Assembly (NCBI GenBank): GCA_965226555.1
Contig: CBDDDG010000014.1
Span: 1-64,000 of the forward strand
Origin: Salinispira sp.
Lineage (GTDB): Bacteria; Spirochaetota; Spirochaetia; DSM-27196; Salinispiraceae
Length of the DNA: 64,000 nt
Reading direction: 5' to 3'
Positions 41,996-52,673 of this stretch are shown here, in pieces; position 1 is the stretch's first letter, and every line of letters starts with the position of its first letter. The notes below the pieces were generated by a model, which saw nothing but the letters and a program-made list of their open reading frames with translations, was not told the origin of the DNA and made no database searches. The translations under genes and the position numbers were made by a program.

Positions 41996-42360
41996 GTGTC
42001 GGTCTCGTTTTTTTTCTGCATGGCGCACTTCCCGTTCAGCCGGCTTCCGCTTTGAATAATGAGGTCGGGGGTGTGAATTTCCCCGTGTATACTGCCGTTT
42101 TTGAAGAGTTCAAGCCGCTTGCGCGCATGAATTTTCCCAAACACTGCTCCCCGAATACTCACCACGGGGGCTTCAATATCTGTTCGCAGCTCCGCCTTCT
42201 CACCAACATAGAGATTGCTGCCGCTGACAATTGAACCGCTTATTTTTCCCTTTACGAGAATGGGATCTGTCAGATTCATTACTCCTTCAAACTGAACATC
42301 GCCGGCAATGACAGTTTCAAGGCTCGCTTCATCAATGTTACGGATACGGATGTCCGACAT
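41992..42360 (-). CDS. bactofilin (polymer-forming cytoskeletal protein)
   Basis: TVIAGDVQFEG..G.I.G.I beta-helix pattern ending LNGKCAM. Confidence 0.9.
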   Translation of the reverse strand: MSDIRIRNIDEASLETVIAGDVQFEGVMNLTDPILVKGKISGSIVSGSNLYVGEKAELRTDIEAPVVSIRGAVFGKIHARKRLELFKNGSIHGEIHTPDLIIQSGSRLNGKCAMQKKNETDT

Positions 42361-42380
42361 AGTTCCTCCCCGGCATCATG

Positions 42381-43142
42381 TTAATCTATTGCCGTCATTT
42401 TGTCATCATCATATTCATTGGACAGATCATTGTCCAGAAGGCGGATGATATTATTGAACTGCTCCACCATTTGACGGCGGATTTCTGCCGTGTGGGGATT
42501 GTAGCGCTGGAGGTCGAGGAAGAGCTGCACGGGATCGTTACAGGTCTGCTCCATGACTTCGAGGATTTTCTGAAAGCCGAGGGTGGAGATGGATGAGGGA
42601 TGAATATTCAGGCTGGAAACGAGGCGCCCAATAAAATGGGTTACCCCCTGGGTGCGGGCTGCCTCACGATCATGCTCATCGGCGTTCATTACCAGTACTC
42701 GCAGGCCTGCCTCCGTGAATATGCTTTTCCAGCGCTCAAGGACTTTCTGCCCGACACGCCAAGGGGTAAGCACTATGGGGGAATTTTTCTGATCGGCTGA
42801 GTCGGGACCAAACATGGGATGTGTGCCGAGAATGGGCTGGGCAGCGGGCAGTATCTGCCCGAGCTGGGCGAGCGGCCAGGTTTTCACCGAGCAGGTATCG
42901 AGAACGAGGGTTTCGGGAGCAAGGAGGGGGGCTATGCGCGAAGCGACCTGCGGCAGTGACGATATTGATGTGCAGAGAAACAGGGCATGAGCACGGCAGA
43001 GTTCCTCCAGCGGCGCAAGGGTAACCAAGGGCGGAGCCTCCCGCGGGGTTCTGTTGGCGGCGCGGACATCGAAGCCCTGCGCTGCCAGAAATTCAGCCCA
43101 GAATCTGCCGAATCGTCCAAGACCATACACAGCAATTATCAT
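42381..43142 (-). CDS. tyrA: prephenate/arogenate dehydrogenase
   Basis: GLGRFG, DTCSVK, HPMFGP and EHD motifs. Confidence 0.9.
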   Translation of the reverse strand: MIIAVYGLGRFGRFWAEFLAAQGFDVRAANRTPREAPPLVTLAPLEELCRAHALFLCTSISSLPQVASRIAPLLAPETLVLDTCSVKTWPLAQLGQILPAAQPILGTHPMFGPDSADQKNSPIVLTPWRVGQKVLERWKSIFTEAGLRVLVMNADEHDREAARTQGVTHFIGRLVSSLNIHPSSISTLGFQKILEVMEQTCNDPVQLFLDLQRYNPHTAEIRRQMVEQFNNIIRLLDNDLSNEYDDDKMTAID

Positions 43143-43228
43143 ATGTGCTATTATATCAACGTTTTGCAAAATGCAAAAGTTTCTATGGATGATAGGGTGC
43201 GGGCGCTGCGCAGGCGCGGGAGCTGTAT

Positions 43229-44305
43229 ATGAGTTTTGTTCAGAAAATGCGCAACAGGGCGCGGGCGCTGCAGCGGCATCTTGTGCTGCCGGAGGGCAGT
43301 GAAGAGCGGACGATGCGGGCTGCGGAACGCATTCTCGCGGAGGGTATTGCGGCGCGGGTGAGTCTTGTTGGGGAGCCGGAGCGGCTGCTGCGGCAGGCGG
43401 AGCAGATCGGTGTGAGGTTGTCGGGCATTGAGCTTGTTGATCCTGCCCGCGATGCCCGGAGGGAGCGCTACGCGGAGGAATACCACGCGCTTCGCAAACA
43501 CAAGGGGCTGAGCGGGGAGCAGGCCTTTGCCGACATGGCTCATGGTCTGCGTTGGGGCTGCATGATGCTCCGCATGGGCGATGCCGATGCGGTGGTCGCC
43601 GGTGCCGGGAATTCCACCGCCAATGTACTGCGGGCTGCATTCACCATTATAAAAACACGGCCCGGAATTGACGTAGTTTCATCATGTTTCGTCATGCTCC
43701 TGAAAGATAGAGCCCGGGGCAGCGATGGACGCATGATCTTCAGCGACTGCGCCATTATTCCAAGCCCGAGCACGGAGCAGCTCACGAGCATCGCGTCAGC
43801 GGCGGCAGAAAGCTGCCGGACATTTCTGGAAACCGAACCGGTAGTAGCAATGCTGAGTTTTTCTACCAAAGGCAGCGCCGAAACAGAAGAAAGCCAGCGG
43901 GTACGCCGCGCAACCGAACTGCTGCGCAAGCAGCACCCCGAACTCATTGTGGACGGAGAACTACAGCTCGATGCCGCCATTGTCCCTGCTGTTGGAGCGC
44001 AAAAGGCCCCGGGATCACCTGTGAACGGAGGGGCAAACACCCTTATTTTCCCCGATCTCCAGTCGGGAAACATCGGATATAAACTGGTTCAGCGTCTGGC
44101 AGGAGCTCAGGCCATTGGCCCCATTCTCCAGGGGCTCGCGAAACCAGTCAGCGATTTAAGCAGGGGCTGTTCAGTCGATGATATTATCAACACCGCCGCC
44201 TTTACCATTGTTCAGAGTGGACGGCAGCCCAATCAACAAAAAACAGAGCAGCAAAAGCCCAATCAACAAAAAATAGAACGACAGCAGAACGGAGCAGCAA
44301 CATGA
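43229..44305 (+). CDS. pta: phosphate acetyltransferase
   Basis: SFSTKGS, DGELQLDAA, GNIGYK and DLSRGCS motifs. Confidence 0.96.
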   Translation: MSFVQKMRNRARALQRHLVLPEGSEERTMRAAERILAEGIAARVSLVGEPERLLRQAEQIGVRLSGIELVDPARDARRERYAEEYHALRKHKGLSGEQAFADMAHGLRWGCMMLRMGDADAVVAGAGNSTANVLRAAFTIIKTRPGIDVVSSCFVMLLKDRARGSDGRMIFSDCAIIPSPSTEQLTSIASAAAESCRTFLETEPVVAMLSFSTKGSAETEESQRVRRATELLRKQHPELIVDGELQLDAAIVPAVGAQKAPGSPVNGGANTLIFPDLQSGNIGYKLVQRLAGAQAIGPILQGLAKPVSDLSRGCSVDDIINTAAFTIVQSGRQPNQQKTEQQKPNQQKIERQQNGAAT

Positions 44306-45075
44306 CAGACAGGAGCAGAAGCATGAACATTACCCTCGTTGGCTACGGACGAATGGGGAAGGAAGTTGAGGCAGCCGCGCAGGAGCGCGGGCACAGCATT
44401 GTTTCCACGGTTGACCCGCGGGGAGGCACCTTCGCCGAACTGAGCCCCGCGGCGCTCAGGAACAGCAGCGGTATTATCGAATTTGCCCACCCTGAAGGCA
44501 TTTTGCCTCGAATATCGCTTGCCGACGAGTATCAGATACCCTATGTCATCGGCACCACCGGCTGGGATTCAGGCGGACAATTCAGTAAAGAGGTGAAAGC
44601 AATTGCCGACAAAAAGAATGCCGCCGTCCTGATCGGATCGAATTTCAGTGTTGGCGCAAACCTTTTCTTCAGAATTGCCGAAGCCGCAGCCGCCGCGATA
44701 AACGCCTTTCCCGACTATGACATTGCGGTGAGCGAATCGCATCATCGAAAAAAGAAGGACAGCCCATCGGGATCGGCACTCACAATTGCCGAAAAAATTA
44801 TCCGCGCCAACAAGCGCAAAAACCGCATCTGCGCCGAGCCCCTCCAGCGTGAAATTGCCGAAGATGAGCTTCATATCAGCTCCCTGCGGGCAGGCAGCAT
44901 TCCCGGCATTCACCGGGTAATTCTCGACAGCCCCGCCGACAGTATTGTTCTTGAACATAGCGCCCGCGGTCGTTCAGGTTTTGCTGCCGGTGCCGTTCTC
45001 GCCCTTGAATGGCTCCGAAAACAGGAGCGCAGCTTTTACACGGCCGATGATTTTTTCACCGCCATTTTGGAGTAG
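44302..45075 (+). CDS. dapB: 4-hydroxy-tetrahydrodipicolinate reductase
   Basis: GYGRMG, GTTGW and ESHHRKKKDSPSG motifs. Confidence 0.95.
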   Translation: MTDRSRSMNITLVGYGRMGKEVEAAAQERGHSIVSTVDPRGGTFAELSPAALRNSSGIIEFAHPEGILPRISLADEYQIPYVIGTTGWDSGGQFSKEVKAIADKKNAAVLIGSNFSVGANLFFRIAEAAAAAINAFPDYDIAVSESHHRKKKDSPSGSALTIAEKIIRANKRKNRICAEPLQREIAEDELHISSLRAGSIPGIHRVILDSPADSIVLEHSARGRSGFAAGAVLALEWLRKQERSFYTADDFFTAILE

Positions 45076-45195
45076 GAAAACCACAGCAGCGACAACGCGC
45101 GCAAGTGAGGGCAAAGTTTTGCTACTGAAATTTTATTTAGGCAAAACTTCAAAAAGTGATCCCGCCGCATGGGCGCGCAGGCCGAGCAACGTCAA

Positions 45196-46272
45196 TTAAT
45201 GCGATCCGTTCCGCAATGTCCGCATTTCCTCATCGCTCAGCCCTGTAATTCTCTGAACAGCCTCGGTCGACAACCCTTCCAAAAACATACTGCGGGCCGT
45301 TTCTCGAATGCCTTCTTCACGACCTGTCTGCAATCCTTCCTGCCGACCTGTCTGCAGTCCTTCCTGCCGACCTGTCTGCAGTCCTTCCTGCCGACCTGTC
45401 TGCAATCCTGTCTGAAGTCCTTCTTCACGACCTGTTCGCAGTCCTTCCTGCCGACCCATTTCCGCAATGCGCGCTTTGAATGTTTCCGCATTCATTCTGA
45501 ACATTTTCGCTACCTCCTTACCTCTCGGTTCTTTTGTTCTTTCTAATCTGTTCATTAACGTATCTAAATCTATAACAATTCCGAACATCGAATCTACCAC
45601 GCCGACAAATTCCTCTATCAGCTCCAGCGATTCCTCATTCAGCATTCCTGCTATCGCCTTTTCTACTATTTGAATGTCCCAATCCGTATTCAGCAGATTT
45701 TTCGAGTACAGATCAAGGTACATAACAGCCGCAAACATTCTTCCTCGCTGCTGCAGCTGCTTCGCAGAATAATCGTTCTCACTTATCAGATCGTAGGGAA
45801 AGGGAGCAAGATACTGCGGGAATTTCCGCTTCCGTTGCTTTCTAACATTCCCGGGCACCTTCCATTTTCTCGTACCATTATAGAACACAATGGGAAGAAA
45901 TACCAATTCACAGTCATCGGGAATTGCGCCGGAGCGGTGAATGTTCCGGTAGAGAAGATTTGTGTACTCCGACATGCGGAGGGGCATGTCGTTGTCCACT
46001 CCAGACTGATGCTCAAGGAGCACATAGATAACAACATCTCCCGTGTGATCCCGAGTTCTGATTTTGCAGATAATGTCGGCCATTCGTGTTTTTGCATGGT
46101 CGATGAAAAAGGTACCGTTTTCGATGGTTATGTCCTCGGTTCGCAATTTTTTCGTCCATGCGCCTCCGACAAAGCGTTGCAGAAATTGGAGCATTATTGC
46201 GGGTTGGAACAGCAGGGAGCGGTATCCTTGGTCGTAGGGAACGGGGGCGGGTTTTTCTTTGAAATCGATCAT
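45196..46272 (-). CDS. Rpn-family PD-(D/E)XK nuclease, second subfamily
   Basis: YDQGY, ADII, LEHQS, MPLR and YNG motifs; 24 bp GRQEGLQT tandem repeats at about 45310-45455. Confidence 0.9.
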   Translation of the reverse strand: MIDFKEKPAPVPYDQGYRSLLFQPAIMLQFLQRFVGGAWTKKLRTEDITIENGTFFIDHAKTRMADIICKIRTRDHTGDVVIYVLLEHQSGVDNDMPLRMSEYTNLLYRNIHRSGAIPDDCELVFLPIVFYNGTRKWKVPGNVRKQRKRKFPQYLAPFPYDLISENDYSAKQLQQRGRMFAAVMYLDLYSKNLLNTDWDIQIVEKAIAGMLNEESLELIEEFVGVVDSMFGIVIDLDTLMNRLERTKEPRGKEVAKMFRMNAETFKARIAEMGRQEGLRTGREEGLQTGLQTGRQEGLQTGRQEGLQTGRQEGLQTGREEGIRETARSMFLEGLSTEAVQRITGLSDEEMRTLRNGSH

Positions 46273-46287
46273 ACAATCCTCCTGAAC

Positions 46288-46440
46288 GAAAGTTTTGCTA
46301 CTGGAAATTGTGCTTGCACAATTTTCCAATGCAAAAATTTCTATAAAATAGAAGAATGCTAAGCACATACAAAGCATTCCGAATCTGAAACTTTTGCTAC
46401 TGGAAATTGTGCAAGCACAATTTTCCAAGGCAAAAGTTTC
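46288..46440. repeat. full double-hairpin element (both hairpins long form)
   Basis: Two palindromes of about 50 bp; the spacer is a close reverse-complement match to the spacer at 5379-5422. Confidence 0.85.
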
Positions 46441-46667
46441 TGAAGGTTTTTCTGAACGTTTCTTTCTGAATAGGGGAGTTCCCATGGCGACATGGTCCCA
46501 TGGTGAATTCTCCCCCTCTATATCTGTGACGGGTAAACTGTCATTTTTGACTGTGTTTTTTGAAAAAATTTGAAAAAAGTTCACCTTTTGCAAAACATTA
46601 CTATTGCACAGGTTTTGTGGACATGATACTATGCAACAATCTTATAATTTATCGTGAGGAGGAAATC

Positions 46668-48284
46668 ATGAATGTCAAATTATATACGGGAACCCGGTTT
46701 CTACTCTGCGCGATGTGCATAGCATTAATTGCTGCATGTCCGATGCCGGAACCCGAGCCAATGCCGGAACCCGAGCCAACTGTGCCGGGTACAATAGGTG
46801 CCCCAGACCTTAAAGCGGGGAATGGGCAACTAACGGTTAACTGGACTGCTCCGAACAACGGCGGCAGCGAAATTACCACATACCACCTTCACCATAGCGC
46901 GGACGGCGGTACCACATGGTCGGAAATTATTGCACTTGCCGCGCCAGCCGCAAGCTACACCATTCCCGAACTGACAAACGCCGCTGAGTACCATGTACAG
47001 GCGCGCGCCGTCAATGCAGTCGGCGCTGGGTCATGGTCGGAATCTGCCGTTGCAACTCTCCCTGCCGCTGCAACTCCCCCCGCCGCCGTTCCTGACGCGC
47101 CGGCTGCCCCAACCCTTTATGCGGGCACTGGGCGGATCGTTGCGAGATGGTCTGAACCGGACGATAACGGCAGCGAAATTACCGGGTATGAGCTGATATA
47201 TCGCGAAGTCGGCGTAACCGCATGGACGGCTGCTTCCGGCATCACCGGCACAGATTACACCATTACGGGACTGACAAACGGTGCTCTCTACCACGTGCAT
47301 GCGCGCGCCATCAACGCGGAGGGCGCTGGACCCTGGTCTGCCCCCGCGCTGGGATCGCCGATCTCATTTCCTCCGACACAGACTCCTTCGGGTACGGAAA
47401 ATTCTATAAGCCTTTTGGCTGCCGATAATGCCATTAATACTGCCAGTATTGCCAATGAGAACCTGAACCTCAGCGTTTCTTTGATTACGGGCACTTACAC
47501 GGTCAATGACTCAGGAAACATTACGATAAGCACCGTAACTCCGCCCGGAACGGTCACCATTCCGACAGTTGATCCGAGTACCGGACTTGTTACGGTTACC
47601 GCAGGTACAACGGCAGGAACATATGTGGTATATGGCGAAATAGAAAGCGGAGACATACTCTTTGCCGAATATCTCTATGTTACTGAGAGTCCAACAACTA
47701 ACGCTGAACTGAAAACAGCGGTAACTACGGGGATATCAACTTGGGGACCAACTGCCGATTTCAACTACATTATTACCACGGCAGTAACGGATATGTCATC
47801 TGTTTTTATTGCCAACGCCACATTCAATGGTGATATTTCCGGTTGGGATACTACAGCGGTAACGGATATGTCCAATATGTTCTATTTAGCAAGAGCATTC
47901 AATGGCGATATTTCCGGTTGGGATGTCAGTTTGGTAACGGATATGTCCGCTATGTTCAATACCGCAAGTGTCTTCAATGGCGATATCTCAAACTGGGATG
48001 TCAGTAAGGTAACGAATATGACCGCTATGTTCATTAGCGCAAGTGTCTTCAATGGCGATATCTCACTCTGGAATGTCAGAGCGGTAACGAATATGCAAAA
48101 TATGTTCAAAGATGCAAGTGCATTCAATCAGGATCTTGAAGAGTGGGGGGAGCATCTGACGCTTAATGACAGTAGCAAATACACCGGAACCACAACAGAT
48201 ATGTTTAAGGATTCCGGTTTGGATGCGAATCCGGATAGTAATGACGATAGTGGGGATCAACCGAATTATCCATCATGGTATTAG
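46668..48284 (+). CDS. surface lipoprotein: 2x FN3 + BspA/DUF285 repeats
   Basis: GAGGAGG SD, lipobox IAAC, FN3 motifs and 25 aa repeats. Confidence 0.9.
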   Translation: MNVKLYTGTRFLLCAMCIALIAACPMPEPEPMPEPEPTVPGTIGAPDLKAGNGQLTVNWTAPNNGGSEITTYHLHHSADGGTTWSEIIALAAPAASYTIPELTNAAEYHVQARAVNAVGAGSWSESAVATLPAAATPPAAVPDAPAAPTLYAGTGRIVARWSEPDDNGSEITGYELIYREVGVTAWTAASGITGTDYTITGLTNGALYHVHARAINAEGAGPWSAPALGSPISFPPTQTPSGTENSISLLAADNAINTASIANENLNLSVSLITGTYTVNDSGNITISTVTPPGTVTIPTVDPSTGLVTVTAGTTAGTYVVYGEIESGDILFAEYLYVTESPTTNAELKTAVTTGISTWGPTADFNYIITTAVTDMSSVFIANATFNGDISGWDTTAVTDMSNMFYLARAFNGDISGWDVSLVTDMSAMFNTASVFNGDISNWDVSKVTNMTAMFISASVFNGDISLWNVRAVTNMQNMFKDASAFNQDLEEWGEHLTLNDSSKYTGTTTDMFKDSGLDANPDSNDDSGDQPNYPSWY

Positions 48285-48524
48285 TTTCATAGCCCATAGC
48301 CCGCAGTGAACAGCCCTGCGCTCCAACTCCGGCTGGTCGGCGCGGGGGCTGCTCGCTCATGTCGCCCGGCTCGCCCATGCGGCTGTTGCTGAGACTGGGC
48401 TGGTCGGCGTTGCGCGGCTGCTCGCCATGAGGTGGGATTAGGCTAATATCCCGAAAAAATCGAAAATTCTGCAAAATTTTCTCATTACATCATCCACCGT
48501 GCGCGCATACCCTGTTTATGTGGT

Positions 48525-48700
48525 ATGGGCAACAATCATATAGGAATGGTACACGACAAAAGTTGGAAATATGCCTTCGAAAATCCTCAGATATTCCGGG
48601 ACTTCATCCATTCATACTTCAACAAAGACCTCGCGCGGAGCATTGTTCCCGGGAGCATAGAGCGTATCGACACAGAGCATACCAGCCACCATTCCCGACT
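48525..48700 (+). pseudogene. N-terminal fragment of another Rpn gene
   Basis: HDKSWKYAFENPQIFRDF resembles the Rpn N-terminus; the fragment stops early. Confidence 0.6.
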
Positions 48701-48792
48701 CTCTGAAAAAAATTCACAAATTTTGCAAAATTCTTTCAAAATACATAGTCAAGAATGACTTTTCTCCCGTTATAGATATAGGAGGAAAAAAT

Positions 48793-49884
48793 ATGAAAAA
48801 ATCATCCCAGAGCACAGGCCATATCCACGACATAGCCTTCAAGATCGCCTACTACAGAACCCCCCGGCTGATTCCCGACCTGCTGCGGCTGTTCTGTGAG
48901 GATACGACTCTTGCCAAGCTGGATCTGGGCAAAATCCGCATTGAAAACCCCAGCTACATTGCAGGAAAAAAGAACCTTCTCTGCGATCTCGTTGTCAGCG
49001 CCCCCTTCCTGTCAGACCCAGAGCGGAAGGCCCTGTTCATTACTGAAAATTTTGCTCCGCAAAATTTTCAAATAAGGATTCTCTCATCTATACTCTTGAT
49101 TCTCTCACGGTATAGAAAGTTTTGCCTTGGAAAATTGTGCAAGCACAATTTCCAGTAGCAAAACTTTTGTATTGAGCATAAAAGCTACCTGCATAAACAT
49201 GCTCTCACTCAGATTGATAATTATCAGCATGCCCTCAGAAACAGCAATGTGTATAATGAAAATGATGCTATCTATATACTTCTGCTCTACCATGGAAAAA
49301 AGGAATGGAACCTCCCACTCACATTTTACAGTTCACATGGAAATCCAACCTCTGAATCCATGACTGAAGGCACGGTAGATGTCAGGGCGAGAGTGTCGTA
49401 CATTGTGCGCGATCTGAGGCGAATGGACAAAAAGCAGTTGGCATGGCGTTCCGATGAAAAACGATATACATCGACTGCGTTGTGGTATATAATGCGAGAC
49501 AATAAAATGGATGCTGAGGGGCTGAAAGAGATTGCGCAGCTCCTGAACGGTCTGTCTTCACAAGACTTTACTGATCTGGCAGAGAGTGTGCTAGGCTATC
49601 TGAAAGATCTGGGACTGTATGAGCAGTTTGAGAAAATTGACAGGGAACTGTTCCCTGGAGGAGAAAACAGTATGCGGACATATAATATTACCAACGCCTT
49701 CGTAAGGGAAGGCATTGCGAAAGGAATTGAGCAGGGGCAAGCTCAGCTCCGGAGTGAGTATGTACTCAATATGCTTAAGGATGGTCTGTCTATGGACCTT
49801 ATTCATAAGATTACCAAGCTCAGCAAGGATGAAATTAGAGCATTTACGAAAAACGAAAATGGCAGGGAAAACGGTAGAGCGTAG
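48793..49884 (+). pseudogene. Rpn paralog interrupted by a 129 bp insertion
   Basis: Near-identical to 37542-38591 on both sides of 49047-49175; the insertion carries an in-frame TAG at 49156-49158. Confidence 0.9.
49047..49175. mobile_element. inserted double-hairpin miniature element
   Basis: Absent from the two paralogous genes; flanked by TACTGA and TATTGA. Confidence 0.8.
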
Positions 49885-49998
49885 CGCAGATCTTTGCGCG
49901 CCTGCTCGCCCATGCGTTTGTTGCTGTGGCGCGACGCTGCGCGGCTACTTGCAGCTGAAACTTTTTTCTCGTATTATCAATGAGCTCGGGAGGATTCC

Positions 49999-51315
49999 TT
50001 GAACAGGCAGTATGATTTTTCTATTCAGAATCTCGGGAAGCCCGAATATCAATCTCCCATAATACTTTCCCGGGTCTATGGCGACACCATAGCAAATTAT
50101 GTAACAGACGATGAACGTATTCTCTCCGATATTCAGATATGCAACGGGAAGCAGTTTCCGCAGCGGGAAGACGCGCAGAGTCTGGAAAAAGCAGGCCCGA
50201 GAGAGCGCATATATTTTTCTCCCTCTGAAGTGCGGGCGGGAATTGTTACCTGCGGCGGATTGTGCCCGGGGCTGAACGATGTTATCCGCTCGGTGGTGCA
50301 TACGCTCTGGCACAGCTATGGGGCGCGAAAAATTTTAGGTATTAAATTCGGGTATAATGGTTTTCTCGGAGCAGTCAGGTCCCCTGTAATTGCCTTAGAT
50401 CCCGATGCGGTTAAAGATATTCACCGTATAGGAGGAAGTATACTGGGTACTTCCCGGGGAGGGGGTGAGCAACGGGAGAAAATTCTCAATGCCGTTGAGA
50501 AGCTTGGTTTGAACATGCTCTTTACCATTGGCGGCGATGGTACTCAGAAAGGCGCGCTGGGTATTGCAGAAGAGGCTGCCCGCCGCGGTAAGAAAATTGC
50601 GGTTATTGGAATTCCGAAAACAATTGATAATGATCTGAGTTTTGTCGAAAAAAGCTTTGGTTTTGAAACGGCAGTTGTACGGGCAACCGAAGTCGTTCTT
50701 TCAGCTCATCAGGAGGCTCATTCGGCTATTCACGGAATTGGCCTTGTGAAGCTCATGGGGAGGGAAAGCGGGTTCATTGCCGCTCACACAGCTATTTCAA
50801 GCCAGGATGTGAACTATGCGCTTATTCCTGAGGTTCCCTTCCGCCTTGAGGGATCGGGCGGATTGTTTGAGCATCTCACGGAGCGGCTGGACAAGCGGAA
50901 TCATGCTGTTATTATCGTTGCGGAGGGAGCCGGTCAGAATCTTCTTCACGATGAAAATGCGAGCGATGCCTCAGGCAATCGGAAGCTGGGAGATATCGGA
51001 ATCTATATAAAGGAACTCATTACAAAGTACTTCAAAGATATGGACTATGAAGTTAATCTTAAATATATTGATCCAAGTTATATAATTCGCAGTTCCAGCG
51101 CCATTCCCACCGATGGGCTGTACTGTTCCCGTCTGGGCACAAATGCGGTTCATGCGGCTATGACAGGAAAAACAGCTATGCTTGTAAGCTTCTGGAACAG
51201 CCGCTTTGTCCATGTTCCCATGAAGCTTTCCTGTTCCATGCGGAATTATGTTAACCCTGAAAGTTCTCTCTGGCGTGATGTTCTGGATGCTACCGGCATG
51301 CCTCTGACATGGTAG
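49999..51315 (+). CDS. pfkA: 6-phosphofructokinase
   Basis: TCGGLCPG, GGDGT, PKTIDND and MGR motifs. Confidence 0.93.
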   Translation: MNRQYDFSIQNLGKPEYQSPIILSRVYGDTIANYVTDDERILSDIQICNGKQFPQREDAQSLEKAGPRERIYFSPSEVRAGIVTCGGLCPGLNDVIRSVVHTLWHSYGARKILGIKFGYNGFLGAVRSPVIALDPDAVKDIHRIGGSILGTSRGGGEQREKILNAVEKLGLNMLFTIGGDGTQKGALGIAEEAARRGKKIAVIGIPKTIDNDLSFVEKSFGFETAVVRATEVVLSAHQEAHSAIHGIGLVKLMGRESGFIAAHTAISSQDVNYALIPEVPFRLEGSGGLFEHLTERLDKRNHAVIIVAEGAGQNLLHDENASDASGNRKLGDIGIYIKELITKYFKDMDYEVNLKYIDPSYIIRSSSAIPTDGLYCSRLGTNAVHAAMTGKTAMLVSFWNSRFVHVPMKLSCSMRNYVNPESSLWRDVLDATGMPLTW

Positions 51316-51320
51316 CCGGT

Positions 51321-52394
51321 TTACGCTCGTTTTTTGGCAAACTCCCGCATGTATTCAGCAAGCGCCTGGGCTCCCTCAACAGGCATCGCATTGTACATGG
51401 ATGCCCTCATCCCTCCCACTGAGCGATGCCCCTTAAGACCGATCAAATTCCTTTCGGCGGCGCCTGAGAAAAACTCCGGCTCATGGGCGGTATTACGCAG
51501 GGTAAACACCACATTCATTGTACTGCGAAACAGAGGGTCAACAGGGCAGCGGTAAAATCCGTCAGAGTTGCTCATAACCGAATAGATCATATCGGCCTTC
51601 TCATTATTCATTTTTTCCATGGCAGCAAGTCCTCCTGAACGCTCAATCCATGCAAGAACGAGGCTCATAACCCATATGGAGAAGACCGGCGGAGTATTAT
51701 ACAGGCTTTTCGCCTTGGCATGCGTGCGGTAATTCAGATAAGCGCCAAGGGAACTCGGGCATCGTTCAAGCAGATCTTTACGAATAATGACTATTGTTAC
51801 CCCCGCAGGCCCCAGATTCTTCTGCGCCCCCGCATAGATAATACCAAACTGCTCAACATCCATGGGGCGGGAAAGAATATCCGATGACATATCGGCAGCG
51901 AGGGGGGCGGAGCACCGGGGAAATGTCTTCCATTGCACACCATTGATCGTCTCATTGCTGGTAATGTGAAGATAATCGCTTTCCGATTCTATGCTTTCAG
52001 AAGCCGGCAGGCTCCGCTGCTCCGGGTCCTTCCATATTACCCGGGCCGTACCGTATTGCTGCGCATCGGCAATTGCCTTCTGCGCCCAGGCTCCGCTGTC
52101 AACGTAGTCGGCTATTCCCGAAACCGTCATAAAATTCATGGGAAGCATGGAAAATTGAAGAGTTGCTCCCCCGCCGAGGAAGAGAACCTCATACGATTCA
52201 GTGATCTTCAGCAAATTCCGTATTCGGGAAATGGCTTTTTGATGAACTTCTTGGTATTCATCGCTTCGATGACTTGTTTCAATGAGAGACAGGCCGAGAT
52301 TTCTGTAATTGTATATGCTGCTCTGTACTTCCTGTAAAACCTCAGCCGGCAGGGTTGCCGGTCCGGAATAAAAATTACATACTCTTTTCATCAT
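51321..52394 (-). CDS. serC: phosphoserine aminotransferase
   Basis: NFYSGPA, GAQKNLG, NTPP and GHRSVGG motifs. Confidence 0.96.
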   Translation of the reverse strand: MMKRVCNFYSGPATLPAEVLQEVQSSIYNYRNLGLSLIETSHRSDEYQEVHQKAISRIRNLLKITESYEVLFLGGGATLQFSMLPMNFMTVSGIADYVDSGAWAQKAIADAQQYGTARVIWKDPEQRSLPASESIESESDYLHITSNETINGVQWKTFPRCSAPLAADMSSDILSRPMDVEQFGIIYAGAQKNLGPAGVTIVIIRKDLLERCPSSLGAYLNYRTHAKAKSLYNTPPVFSIWVMSLVLAWIERSGGLAAMEKMNNEKADMIYSVMSNSDGFYRCPVDPLFRSTMNVVFTLRNTAHEPEFFSGAAERNLIGLKGHRSVGGMRASMYNAMPVEGAQALAEYMREFAKKRA

Positions 52395-52656
52395 GGACTC
52401 CAATACGATTTTTGTGTTTCTGCTTTCATGATACTATTTCTCCTGTCCGGTATCAATGTATCCGGCAGTACTGTCTGCCCGGCAGTAACATCATTCTGAA
52501 TGACCCAGTTTTTGTTAATTTTACAGGAATATGTGTTATTATGATACACATACCATGAAGAATACAACAGTATATTGGAGTATACTTTATGTGTTTTCAT
52601 AAAGATATATGTTGTAAAGATATAAAATGTATGAATTTTTTTGGATTTTCTGTATC

Positions 52657-52673
52657 TTGGTACATTTTTTGCT
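52657..52673 (+). promoter_or_regulatory. sigma54 (-24/-12) promoter
   Basis: TTGGTACATTTTTTGCT with GG (52659) and GC (52671) exactly 12 nt apart. Confidence 0.7.

Noticed and set aside
43143..43640. Long N-terminal extension of tyrA
   Set aside because: Antisense to pta; the Rossmann motif begins at 43142.
46288..46440. Repeat-spacer-repeat pattern as a mini CRISPR array
   Set aside because: Only two repeats, the spacer is conserved at other loci, and no cas genes are present.
46273..46593. N-terminal extension of the Rpn ORF with duplicated FALENC peptide
   Set aside because: It is the hairpin element translated; a strong SD precedes the ATG at 46272.
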